A stretch of 32,029 nucleotides of DNA from an uncultured Erysipelotrichaceae bacterium (GCA_902782535.1 CACZNM010000116.1:1-32029), one strand, 5' to 3'; shown: positions 1 to 8,670, counted from the stretch's first letter. A program made the numbers and translations. The notes: generated by a model from the letters alone, not told the origin.

Positions 1-13
1 AAACTTTGTCTAT

Positions 14-41
14 ATTATAACATTTTCATAAAAAAATACAA
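14..41 (-). promoter_or_regulatory. sigma70-type promoter firing leftwards out of the window
   Basis: Minus strand has TTGTAT (36-41), a 16-nt spacer and an extended -10 TG-t-TATAAT (14-22). Confidence 0.4.
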
Positions 42-58
42 TATTTATCAAATAATAG

Positions 59-87
59 TTGCATGCAAACAATTTCTCTGGTATATT
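59..87 (+). promoter_or_regulatory. sigma70-type promoter overlapped by an imperfect palindromic operator-like site
   Basis: TTGCAT (59-64), 17 nt, TG-g-TATATT (79-87). It overlaps ATAGTTGCATGCAAACAAT, and a related TATGTTGCATACATGAAACA lies at ~107-126. Confidence 0.4.
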
Positions 88-131
88 CATATTAACGATT
101 GATATTTATGTTGCATACATGAAACAAAAGT

Positions 132-140
132 TGTGGATAA
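132..140 (-). promoter_or_regulatory. single consensus DnaA box
   Basis: TGTGGATAA is the reverse complement of TTATCCACA. It is intergenic and isolated. Confidence 0.35.
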
Positions 141-309
141 CTACAACTACCTCTCCATTATTGTATTTAGCCCTTATTTTATAAGGCTTTTTTAGTTTTA
201 TCTCTTTTTGTGAGAAGATTTTGACCTTTTAATACTATATTAAAAAATAAGAAAAATTAGGATACATATGCCCTAGTTTTATTTTTAATTTATCACGTAT
301 ATCTAGTTA

Positions 310-576
310 TTATGACAAGTCAGCCCAATAAATATTCAAATCATAATTATCTAAATCATTTATTTTTCTTGATGTTATTTTATTATCCTTTGGATTAAAG
401 AAATACTCTGTATAATTATTTCCATCTTCAAGTACCATATATATACCACTAGTAATTGGTTTTTCTCTTTGTGAATCTTTAACTAAATATGATGGTGGAT
501 ATTTATCAAACTTATAACTATCTTTCCATTCAGCAACTTCAGCTAATTGTTTAAAATTAGAATCCTCAATCATCAT
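310..576 (-). pseudogene. hypothetical protein, probably the 3' part of a degraded exported-protein gene
   Basis: 88-aa ORF with no SD. Upstream minus-strand DNA (~577-680) reads as a broken signal-peptide-like stretch (IKKII.../ILIILTALNFYFSV) interrupted by stops and frameshifts. Confidence 0.35.
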
Positions 577-716
577 TATTATAAATTGTTAAAAAAGCTG
601 TCTTCAATATTTTGTAACAGAAAAATAAAAGTTTAAGGCAGTTAATATTATTAAAATATTAAATTATTTTTTTTATAGTATTTTACAATTTTATTTTGAT
701 TTTTTATCTAATACGA

Positions 717-745
717 TTGACAAAAAGAGATAATTACGTTATCAT
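717..745 (+). promoter_or_regulatory. sigma70 promoter of the WXG100-like operon
   Basis: TTGACA (717-722), 17 nt, TATCAT (740-745). Confidence 0.65.
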
Positions 746-802
746 TAAAGTGATGATATAGATATACTATGAAATCATATTTTACTGTAGGAGGTGAAAT
801 AA

Positions 803-1102
803 ATGGATGATTTAAATATTAGCATCAATCCTGAATTGCTTGATGAGAAAGGTGTTGCTATAAATGAACAATTTAAGATTATTGATGATGCAATTAATGA
901 AATAGAAAGCGCGCAAAGTCTTCTTGCTAGTTGGCATAGTGTCAATAAAGATAAATATGAAACAAAAGTAAAAGATGTATTGCCAAAAATGAAAGAAATG
1001 GCTGATACTATTAATTCATATGGAAATGTCGCAAGAGTAACTGGACGTGCAATAATAAATACAGAAAAAATTATTTCTGACTCAATAGATGCATCAGCAT
1101 AA
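803..1102 (+). CDS. WXG100/ESAT-6-like protein (degenerate motif W-H-S)
   Basis: 99 aa, helix-turn-helix pattern, N-terminal 'ISINPELL', single central Trp44, strong SD AGGAGGTG. Confidence 0.6.
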   Translation: MDDLNISINPELLDEKGVAINEQFKIIDDAINEIESAQSLLASWHSVNKDKYETKVKDVLPKMKEMADTINSYGNVARVTGRAIINTEKIISDSIDASA

Positions 1103-1123
1103 AAGTGAAAGGAGATGTGAGTA

Positions 1124-1438
1124 ATGGCTAATAAAGCGATAGCATTAACGTCAAATGATTTATTAATGGCATCACGCCAAATAGAAGATGCAGCTGATAG
1201 AATAGAGGGAGCTCTTCAAAAACTTGATGTAATCATGAGTGATTTAGATACTGTATGGAATGATAAAAATGCTAAAACATATTTAAAAAGATACGAAGAA
1301 TTAAAAGAAATGTTTCCACAATTTAAAGCATCAACAAGAAGTTATGGAACGTTCTTGAATTCAGTTGTTCAAACATATGAGAGAGAGTATAATCAAAGTA
1401 TCGCTGCTAGAGTTAATAAAAATGAAGTTACGAGCTAG
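1124..1438 (+). CDS. WXG100/ESAT-6-like protein (degenerate motif W-N-D)
   Basis: 104 aa, helical, 'LDTVWNDKNAKTY' with central Trp45, C-terminal 'FLNSVVQTYERE', SD AAGGAG. Confidence 0.7.
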   Translation: MANKAIALTSNDLLMASRQIEDAADRIEGALQKLDVIMSDLDTVWNDKNAKTYLKRYEELKEMFPQFKASTRSYGTFLNSVVQTYEREYNQSIAARVNKNEVTS

Positions 1439-1443
1439 AAATT

Positions 1444-1483
1444 AATTTCCTTTACAATTATATGTAAAGTGAAATTTTTTTTT
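1444..1483 (+). terminator. intrinsic terminator of the WXG100-like pair
   Basis: AATTTC-CTTTACA-loop-TGTAAAG-T-GAAATT followed by a T-run. Confidence 0.65.
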
Positions 1484-1493
1484 ACAAAATATA

Positions 1494-1522
1494 TGGACAA
1501 TTATATATATGTGTGGTATATT
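1494..1522 (+). promoter_or_regulatory. sigma70 promoter with extended -10
   Basis: TGGACA (1494-1499), 17 nt, TG-g-TATATT (1514-1522). Confidence 0.6.
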
Positions 1523-1528
1523 TTAGAT

Positions 1529-1662
1529 ACTACTTAAAAAAATCTTTACGTTACAAGTAGGAAAGAAATTTAGTTTATTTGCCTTAAGTGTTAGTTTAAT
1601 AAAAAAATAAAGATTGTCTACTTTAATATAGATTGGCAAAGAAAACTAAATTTCTTTTTTTT
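1529..1662 (+). ncRNA. candidate structured small RNA or attenuator leader upstream of xerC
   Basis: Lies downstream of a promoter. Hairpin CTACTT/AAGTAG (1530-1560), then a ~23-bp imperfect inverted repeat (1561-1583 / 1635-1658) ending in a T-run. No ORF. Confidence 0.35.
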
Positions 1663-1698
1663 ATAGATTTTTTTTTTAGAATATAGTAAAATTTAATT

Positions 1699-2592
1699 AT
1701 GGAAAATAAAGATTTAAACAATTATTTACAATATTTAGAATTTAATAGAAATTATAGTGAAAATACTCTACTTAATTATCGAAAAGATATAGAAGAATAT
1801 TTAGTTTTTTTAAAGATTGAACATTTAGATTTATATAAAATAAAGTATAGCGATATAAGGTTTTTATTAGAGTATTATCAAAAAAACAAGTTGAAAAGCA
1901 TGACAATACGAAGAAAGGTTAGTAGTTTAAAAGGGTTTTATAAATTTTTGTGCAGGAACAATAAAGCAGAAGATAATCCTTTTGATTATGTTCTATTACC
2001 AAAGAAAGAAAAGAAGTTACCACAATATTTAAATTATAATGAAATGATAGAAATATTTGATGTAATTGATATTAGTTCCTTTTTTGGATTACGCAACAGA
2101 TTAATTATGGAATTATTATATGCGACAGGTATACGTGTTTCGGAGCTTATTAATATTAAATTGAATGATATTAATATTAATAATAAAAGTATTCGTGTTG
2201 TTGGAAAAGGAAGTAAAGAAAGAATTGTCTTTTTTAATGAAGTTGCAAAGAAATACTTGGAGAAATATATTAAAGAAAGTGCTGATAAAAGAAAAGATGA
2301 TTATTTAATTATCAATAACAATGGTAAAGGTATTACAACAAGAGGTATTAGATTAATTATCGAAAAAGTAATTAAAGAAACATCAATTATCAAAAAGATT
2401 CATCCGCATACCTTAAGACATACTTTTGCCACCCATTTATTAAATAATGGTTGTGATTTATTAACTGTACAAGAACTTCTTGGACATTCTTCCATTAGTA
2501 CAACAGGAATATATACGCATGTTACAACTAGTCATATTCAAGATGTATATTATAAAACGCATCCAAGAGGAAAGAATGACTGTTTAAAATAA
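1699..2592 (+). CDS. xerC: XerC/XerD-family tyrosine recombinase
   Basis: SAM-like N-domain (YSENT..Y..D), LYATGIRVSEL, GKGSKER, HPHTLRHTFATHLL, QELLGHSSISTTGIYTH. The catalytic R-K-H-R-H-Y set is intact. Confidence 0.9.
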   Translation: MENKDLNNYLQYLEFNRNYSENTLLNYRKDIEEYLVFLKIEHLDLYKIKYSDIRFLLEYYQKNKLKSMTIRRKVSSLKGFYKFLCRNNKAEDNPFDYVLLPKKEKKLPQYLNYNEMIEIFDVIDISSFFGLRNRLIMELLYATGIRVSELINIKLNDININNKSIRVVGKGSKERIVFFNEVAKKYLEKYIKESADKRKDDYLIINNNGKGITTRGIRLIIEKVIKETSIIKKIHPHTLRHTFATHLLNNGCDLLTVQELLGHSSISTTGIYTHVTTSHIQDVYYKTHPRGKNDCLK

Positions 2593-2636
2593 AAAAAATA
2601 TGATATACTAAAAGTATAGAAAGTAAAGGAGAGTAT

Positions 2637-4337
2637 ATGGCTAAAAAGAAAAAGAAATTAAAGAAAAAACCAATTATTATAGTAATAGTATTGTTAATTA
2701 TGGGAATAGGTTCATTTTTTGTGTATCAAAATATTCAAAATAAGAAAAAATTAGAAGATCGATATCTAGGAAGTGAAAAATTAACAGTAGAATTATTTGA
2801 TGAGAATAATGAAAAAGTGAAAGAATTATCACGTGGAACAAAAGTTTCTTATTATATTAGTTATCAAGATGAAGAAAAAAGTAAAATTAAGTATGAAAAT
2901 GTCGATTATTTTGTTAATAACGATAATTTAGTTTCAGATATCAAAGATTCAGTATATGAAAAGGAATTATATGTAAGAACTAGCTATAATCTTAATAAAG
3001 ATAGTGAAGGACTTGATTTATTAAAACTTGTCAAAAAAGGTGATAAAGTTGATATAGTTGGCTTTGATAAGATTAATAATGATGGATCTGTTAATATGTA
3101 TAAAGTTAAATATGACGAAGAAGAAGGTTATTTTTATAGTAAATATTTAGTTAATAATCAAGATGATGCTTTAAAAAACTATGATAATAATGGGTCTTAT
3201 GAATTTCATAGTAAACAAAAGAATGTTTATGGTGGTGGCGATGGTGCCAGTTTAGATTATTTTCCAGTTGAAAAACCAAAATTTGATAATAATGTTATGC
3301 CTGATAAAGTATATTCTTTGTATTTAAATGGAACGAAAGCTACAATGGCAATGGTTGATGAATATATTTCCTTTGCTAAGACAACAAAGATTAATGCTTT
3401 TGTTATTGATATAATTGATGATACTAATATTGGTTATGCTTCTCCTTATATGAAGGAAAATTCACCAACGAGTTATAAACATGCTCAAAATAGTGAAGAA
3501 GAGTATAAAGAAGCAATAAAGAAACTTAAAGATAATGGTTTTTATGTAATAGGAAGAATAACGGCATTTAAAGATTCATATTATGTAAACGATCATACTG
3601 ATCATGCTATTTCAAATGCTAGTGGAGCTCCTTTGAAACATCAGAGTAGCTTTTGGCCAAGTGCTTTTAATAGAGATGTTTGGAAATATGATGTTGAACT
3701 TGCCCGTGAAGCAGTAGAGTTAATGGGATTTAATGAGATACAATTTGATTATGTTAGGTTTCCTGATGGATTAGGTACAATGGAAAAAAACAAAACAGTT
3801 AATTACCATAATACTTATAATGAAACAAAAGCCCAAGCTATTCAAAGATTTTTGATGTATGCAACAAACAATTTACATGAACTAAACGTTTATGTATCTG
3901 CTGATGTATTTGGAGAATCTAGTTATGGTAGTGGATATATAACAAGTTATGGTCAATATTGGCCTGCTATTAGTACGGTAGTTGATGTAATTAGTGCGAT
4001 GCCTTATACTGATCATTTTGGTAAGGATTATGGTGGTCACACAGAACCATGGTTATATCCATATGATACAATTAGCTTTTGGGCAAAAACTGCTAAAAAA
4101 GAACAAGATATGACAGCAAATCCTGCAGTTGCTAGAACTTGGATAACAGCTTATAATACACCAGTTGCCTCTAGTGGAACATTCCTTTCGTATAATTCTA
4201 AGGAAGTATCAGAACAAATTAAAGCTTTGTATGATAATGGACTTACTGGTGGATATATGACTTGGAATGCTTATAGCTATAAAAATAATTTACCAAAATA
4301 TAAGAATCAAAAGGATGCTTACATGAAGGAGTATTAG
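2637..4337 (+). CDS. membrane-anchored putative glycoside hydrolase (DUF4015-type) with N-terminal SH3-like domain(s)
   Basis: Lys-rich N-terminus plus TM helix; SH3b-like 'LVKKGDKVDIVG..MYKVKY..EEGYFYSKYL'; 'INAFVIDI', 'GRITAFKD', 'GFNEIQFDYVRFP', 'VSADVFG', 'ISAMPYTDHF'. Confidence 0.8.
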   Translation: MAKKKKKLKKKPIIIVIVLLIMGIGSFFVYQNIQNKKKLEDRYLGSEKLTVELFDENNEKVKELSRGTKVSYYISYQDEEKSKIKYENVDYFVNNDNLVSDIKDSVYEKELYVRTSYNLNKDSEGLDLLKLVKKGDKVDIVGFDKINNDGSVNMYKVKYDEEEGYFYSKYLVNNQDDALKNYDNNGSYEFHSKQKNVYGGGDGASLDYFPVEKPKFDNNVMPDKVYSLYLNGTKATMAMVDEYISFAKTTKINAFVIDIIDDTNIGYASPYMKENSPTSYKHAQNSEEEYKEAIKKLKDNGFYVIGRITAFKDSYYVNDHTDHAISNASGAPLKHQSSFWPSAFNRDVWKYDVELAREAVELMGFNEIQFDYVRFPDGLGTMEKNKTVNYHNTYNETKAQAIQRFLMYATNNLHELNVYVSADVFGESSYGSGYITSYGQYWPAISTVVDVISAMPYTDHFGKDYGGHTEPWLYPYDTISFWAKTAKKEQDMTANPAVARTWITAYNTPVASSGTFLSYNSKEVSEQIKALYDNGLTGGYMTWNAYSYKNNLPKYKNQKDAYMKEY

Positions 4338-4338
4338 A

Positions 4339-4623
4339 ATGAAAAAATATATTATAAATAATATGGAATATGAATTGATAGAGGATAATGGGGATTGTTT
4401 TAACGAAATTGAAGTTAAAGATAAAATCACTGATTATTTTGATGAATTTGATTATATATTAGGTGATTATGCATATAACAAATTAAGACTAAAAGGCTTT
4501 TGTGAAAGGAATAACACTAGATATAATAAAATTAATGATTATAAGACAAAAGATGAGTATTTAAAAAAAATATGCGCATATAAATGCCGATATTTTGTGT
4601 TAAAAAAGAGTAAAAGGTCTTGA
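4339..4623 (+). CDS. yutD: YutD-family (DUF1027) protein
   Basis: 'FDYILGDYAYNKLRLKGF' and 'EYL...CAYKCRYFVLKK'. Confidence 0.8.
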   Translation: MKKYIINNMEYELIEDNGDCFNEIEVKDKITDYFDEFDYILGDYAYNKLRLKGFCERNNTRYNKINDYKTKDEYLKKICAYKCRYFVLKKSKRS

Positions 4624-4647
4624 AAACATTTAATTTTATGGTAAAAT
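4620..4647 (+). promoter_or_regulatory. sigma70 promoter for the DUF1292 operon
   Basis: TTGAAA (4620-4625), 16 nt, TG-g-TAAAAT (4639-4647). Confidence 0.5.
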
Positions 4648-4675
4648 GGAAGTAGATAGTAGAGGAGAGATAAAT

Positions 4676-4942
4676 ATGAATGATAAAAAAAATGTTATGG
4701 TAACGGTACTACCTGATGGAACAGAAGAAAAAGTTGAAGTATTATTAGCGTTTGAATTTAAAGATAATAATAAAGAATATGTTATTTATACAAAAAATGA
4801 AGAAGATGAAAATGGTAATGTTACTATTTATATTTCAAATGTTGTTAAAGACGGAGATAAGGTTTCATTAACAACGGTAGCAGATGATAGCGAATGGACA
4901 AGAATCAAAAATGTTCTTCGTGAATTATCAAAAAGTGAATAG
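4676..4942 (+). CDS. DUF1292 (YrzB-like) protein
   Basis: 'DGTEEKVEVLLAFEF..NKEYVIYT...DDSEWTRIKNVL'. Start moved to ATG 4676, after SD AGAGGAG. Confidence 0.8.
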   Translation: MNDKKNVMVTVLPDGTEEKVEVLLAFEFKDNNKEYVIYTKNEEDENGNVTIYISNVVKDGDKVSLTTVADDSEWTRIKNVLRELSKSE

Positions 4943-4952
4943 GAGGTAAAGT

Positions 4953-6002
4953 ATGAGCATGAATGATATTGCAATAAAGGGAATTCCTGGTGGAGCACAA
5001 AAAGTTTTAACAGATACTACGCATAGAGTTGCTAAAATGAGCAATAAACAAGAAACTCCTAAAATACAAACGTTATTAAAAAGATGGCAAGAAGAACTAG
5101 CCAAGGTTACCAATGAAGTGAAGACTACTGTAGAAACTAAAGTTGCCAAAGGAAAAGAAGTATTAGAAAATGCTGGAACAAATGTTAAGGATTTCTTTAG
5201 TAGAACTTTTCGTGTTAGTGCACGTAAATTAAAGGTAAATAAAATTGTTGCTGAAAAATCTCTTAATGCATACGGAGAACATAACGGTATTGTATTACAG
5301 GTAGCCGTAGAACCAAAAGAGGAGAAAGCAGTAGAGACTAGTAACATTAATGATATGGTGAGAGAAGAATTAGTAAATGAAAAATCAATGATGGATAGTC
5401 GTGTTTCAAGATTAGAAAGAACTGGTGAAGTAAAAGTAGCTTCTGAAACTGTTGATACACCAAGAACTGAGCCTATTTATGATACTCCTATTATTAATAC
5501 TCCAACGCGATTCGAAAGACATAAGGATACACAATTTGATGCCTTAATCAATGATAATGCGAATATTTCAAGTATGCCTGTGGATAACACCTTTGAAAAC
5601 CATGAGAGAACTTTTGAAACGAAAGGTGGAGATCCAGATTTATATAACGAATTAATTCGTGGAAATAGCAAATTTGGAAAAGTTCAAGAAGCAAAAAGAA
5701 AATTATCTACTATAAGAGGAGAAAGAGAAAAAGCTACGGCTGTTAATGCTGATTTAGCTAAAGAAGTTGAAGATGTTAAAAGAACTATTGAAGAAATAAA
5801 AAGAAAGCAAAAGGAAGAAGAAGAATTAGAGCTTAGTAATACAATGAACATGATAGGAGAAGAAGAAGAAAAGATTCTTTTTGAGACTAGAAAATATGAT
5901 ACTTTAAAAGCAGAACTAGCAGCTCTTATACGTGAACGTGATAGTTTATTAGGTAATTCTTCATATAAAGAAGAAGGTTATTCAAGAAGAATGGCATCAT
6001 AA
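4953..6002 (+). CDS. hypothetical protein with a disordered middle and a C-terminal coiled coil
   Basis: 349-aa ORF, SD AGGAGGT, E/K-rich heptads in the last ~100 aa. Confidence 0.75.
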   Translation: MSMNDIAIKGIPGGAQKVLTDTTHRVAKMSNKQETPKIQTLLKRWQEELAKVTNEVKTTVETKVAKGKEVLENAGTNVKDFFSRTFRVSARKLKVNKIVAEKSLNAYGEHNGIVLQVAVEPKEEKAVETSNINDMVREELVNEKSMMDSRVSRLERTGEVKVASETVDTPRTEPIYDTPIINTPTRFERHKDTQFDALINDNANISSMPVDNTFENHERTFETKGGDPDLYNELIRGNSKFGKVQEAKRKLSTIRGEREKATAVNADLAKEVEDVKRTIEEIKRKQKEEEELELSNTMNMIGEEEEKILFETRKYDTLKAELAALIRERDSLLGNSSYKEEGYSRRMAS

Positions 6003-6037
6003 AAAAAAGGAAACGATTAATTACGTTTCTTTTTTTA
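6001..6037. terminator. bidirectional intrinsic terminator between convergent genes
   Basis: AAAAAAAAGGAAACG-loop-CGTTTCTTTTTTT. Confidence 0.7.
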
Positions 6038-6923
6038 CACCTTCAAAGTTAAAATCAGGAATAAAGCTTTCGCTTGCTGTACCGTCTATTTGACAAAAAG
6101 CGTTTTTAATACCGATGTTAACAGCATAATCAATTATTTCATTATAATCAGAATTAGATAAATTTCTTTTTAAATCTTTATTTTTTACCTCTTTATTGGG
6201 AGTATATTGATTCATAATACTAAGAAAAATATTATCATGATATTCATTGTATAAATAATTAATTATTTTTTTTGAATCATCTATATGATTTGGTAATACT
6301 AAATGTCTTATAATGACACCTTTTTTTATTATACCATTCTTATCAAATATACATGGACCAGTTTGTTTATACATCTCTTTAATCGCTAGCATAGCATTTT
6401 CTAAATAATTCGGACACTTAGAATATTTTAAAGCTAAAGTATTATCATAATATTTAAAATCGGGAAGATAAATATCAATATAACCATCTAGTAATTTAAG
6501 AGCGTTAACATTTTCATAACCACTACTATTGTATATAATAGGTATTCTTAAACCATTTCTTTTCGCTTTTTTTATCGCTTTTATAATACTTGGAATATAC
6601 ATTGTTGGTGTTACTAAGTTAATGTTATGAACTTCCTTTTTTTGTAATTCTAACATTATTTCGGCAAGTCTTTTAATACTTATTTTTAGCCCTTTATTAT
6701 ATTTCGATATTTGAATATTCTGACAAAAGATACATTTTAAGTTACATCCGGAAAAAAATATTGTTCCGCTACCTTTAGTACCACTTATTGGTGGTTCTTC
6801 ATAAAAAAAGGGACGAGCTAGAGCAACACGTAATTCATTGTTTAACTTACAAAAACCTAATTCTTGATAACGATTAACCATACATTTTCTTGGACATAAA
6901 GTACAACTTTTATAATAGTTCAT
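6021..6923 (-). CDS. PflX-like radical SAM protein (putative PFL-activating-enzyme family, COG1313)
   Basis: N-terminal CTLCPRKC, 'EEPPISGTKGSGTIFFSGCNLKCIFCQN' (CxxxCxxC), 'HNINLVTPT', 'DIYLPDFKY', 'IRHLVLP', 'MNQYTP'. Confidence 0.88.
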   Translation of the reverse strand: MNYYKSCTLCPRKCMVNRYQELGFCKLNNELRVALARPFFYEEPPISGTKGSGTIFFSGCNLKCIFCQNIQISKYNKGLKISIKRLAEIMLELQKKEVHNINLVTPTMYIPSIIKAIKKAKRNGLRIPIIYNSSGYENVNALKLLDGYIDIYLPDFKYYDNTLALKYSKCPNYLENAMLAIKEMYKQTGPCIFDKNGIIKKGVIIRHLVLPNHIDDSKKIINYLYNEYHDNIFLSIMNQYTPNKEVKNKDLKRNLSNSDYNEIIDYAVNIGIKNAFCQIDGTASESFIPDFNFEGVKKET

Positions 6924-6939
6924 TTCTCCACCTAAGAGT

Positions 6940-6990
6940 ATTATATATCACGAAAGAAAAGTGGACAAGTTTAATTTTTTAGTCTATAAT
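6940..6990. promoter_or_regulatory. back-to-back divergent promoters (radical SAM gene / murC) with overlapping -35 boxes
   Basis: Plus strand: TGGACA (6962-6967), 17 nt, TATAAT (6985-6990). Minus strand: TTGTCC (6963-6968), 17 nt, TATAAT (6940-6945). Confidence 0.6.
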
Positions 6991-7011
6991 ACTTACAGGA
7001 AGTGATTATTT

Positions 7012-8331
7012 ATGAAATATTATTTTATTGGTATAAAAGGAAGTGGAATGAGTACACTTGCTAATCTTCTATTTGATTTAGGTAATGAAATAACTGGTTA
7101 TGATGATAGTACTGGATATAAATTTACTATGGAAGGATTAAATAAGCGTAATATTCCTATTTATCATGGTGAAGATTACCCTAAATTAGATAAAGATACT
7201 ATTGTATGTTATACCGCTGCAATTAATGAAACGCATCATGAAGTGAAAAGAGTTAAAGATTTAGGTTATAGAATAATTCCTTATAAAGAATTAATGGGAG
7301 AGTTATCGAGTAAATTTGAAACAATCTGTGTATGTGGTACACATGGCAAAACAACAACATCTTTAATGATTAGTGAAATATTTGAAAAAACATTAGGATG
7401 CTCTTATTTTGTGGGTGATGGATCAGGTAAAGGTGATAAAAATAGTCATATTTTAATTATGGAATCATGTGAATATAATAAACATTTCTTATCATATCAT
7501 CCTTTTAATACCGTTTTAACTAATATTGAACTTGATCATACTGAAACATATCCTAATATCGATGAGATGATTAAAACTTTTCAAGAGTTTGTTAATAAAA
7601 CGAAAAATTATTGTATTATCTGTAAAGATGATGATAATTCATTAAAATTAAAAGTTAATAAAGCTTTATATTATGGATTTAGTGATGAGAGTGACTTGCA
7701 AGTTAAGAATAAAGTAGTCATAGATAATAAAACAAAGTTTGATGTCTATTATAAGAATGTCTTTTTTGATCATTATGAATTAAATCTTTTTGGTAATCAT
7801 TTAGTTTTAGATGCCTTAGCAAGTATTTTAGTTAGTATTCTTTATGATATACCTAAAAGTATTATTAAAGATGTTTTAGAGCATTTTGTTCCTGCTAAAC
7901 GTCGTTTTAATGAAGCAATTCTTGGTGATAATGTTATTATAGATGATTATGCTCATCATCCTACGGAAATCAGAGTAACATATGATTCTGCTAAACAAAA
8001 GTATCCTAATAAAAGAATAGTTGCTATTTTTATGCCAAATACTTATTCAAGAACAGAAGCTTTATTTGATGATTTTGTTAAATCCTTGAAATTATATGAT
8101 AAAGCCTATATTACAGAGATTAATTGTGATCGAGAAAGAAAGGAAGATTATCCTAATATTTCAAGTTCAAAATTAATTAAAAAAATACCAAATAGTGAAT
8201 TAATTGATATAAAAACAATTGATAAATTAAAAGATTATAATAATACAGTATTTTGTTTTATGAGTTGTGCTTATATTAGTCCGTTGATTGAAGAAACCAA
8301 GAAAATGTTTAAAAAGGAGATCTTATGGTAA
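7012..8331 (+). CDS. murC: UDP-N-acetylmuramate--L-alanine ligase
   Basis: 'FIGIKGSGMS', P-loop 'GTHGKTTTS', 'ESCEY', 'TNIELDH', 'KRRF', 'DDYAHHPTEI', 'TYSRT'. Confidence 0.92.
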   Translation: MKYYFIGIKGSGMSTLANLLFDLGNEITGYDDSTGYKFTMEGLNKRNIPIYHGEDYPKLDKDTIVCYTAAINETHHEVKRVKDLGYRIIPYKELMGELSSKFETICVCGTHGKTTTSLMISEIFEKTLGCSYFVGDGSGKGDKNSHILIMESCEYNKHFLSYHPFNTVLTNIELDHTETYPNIDEMIKTFQEFVNKTKNYCIICKDDDNSLKLKVNKALYYGFSDESDLQVKNKVVIDNKTKFDVYYKNVFFDHYELNLFGNHLVLDALASILVSILYDIPKSIIKDVLEHFVPAKRRFNEAILGDNVIIDDYAHHPTEIRVTYDSAKQKYPNKRIVAIFMPNTYSRTEALFDDFVKSLKLYDKAYITEINCDRERKEDYPNISSSKLIKKIPNSELIDIKTIDKLKDYNNTVFCFMSCAYISPLIEETKKMFKKEILW

Positions 8332-8663
8332 AAAATTATAAAGTAATAACATTATGTGGTTCTACAAGATTTAAAGATGAATTTATGCGTGTACAAAAAG
8401 AATTAACACTTAAAGGGAATATCGTTATCTCTGTAGGTTTGTTTGGTCATGCGGGAGATAATGAAGTATGGGAAAATATGGATGAAGGCACCATTACCAA
8501 GACGAAAGAAATGCTTGATGATATGCATAAAAGAAAAATAGATATGGCCGATGAAATATATGTTATTAATGTTGGTGGTTATATTGGTGATAGTACCAAA
8601 AGTGAAATTAAATATGCGAAAGACCATGGTAAAAGAGTTAATTATTTGGAGGAAATGAAATAG
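8325..8663 (+). CDS. conserved hypothetical protein, nucleoside 2-deoxyribosyltransferase/DUF4406-like fold
   Basis: 'VITLCGSTRFK...MHKRKIDMADEIYVINVGGYIGDSTKSEIKYA'. Overlaps the murC stop. Confidence 0.6.
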   Translation: MVKNYKVITLCGSTRFKDEFMRVQKELTLKGNIVISVGLFGHAGDNEVWENMDEGTITKTKEMLDDMHKRKIDMADEIYVINVGGYIGDSTKSEIKYAKDHGKRVNYLEEMK

Positions 8664-8670
8664 ATTTAAT

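Noticed and set aside
132-140. oriC
   Set aside because: There is only one intergenic DnaA box and no dnaA/dnaN context. Another TGTGGATAA at 5579-5587 lies inside a CDS and is likely chance.
1445-1470. dif-like site near xerC (ATTTCCTTTAC-aatt-ATATGTAAAGT resembles Bacillus dif arms)
   Set aside because: The central spacer is 4 nt instead of 6. The sequence is fully explained as the terminator hairpin plus T-run of the WXG100-like operon.
1699-2592. Recombinase as an integron integrase for the downstream array
   Set aside because: It is a typical ~297-aa XerC/D with no IntI-specific insertion, is separated from the array by core genes, and no attC repeats are seen.
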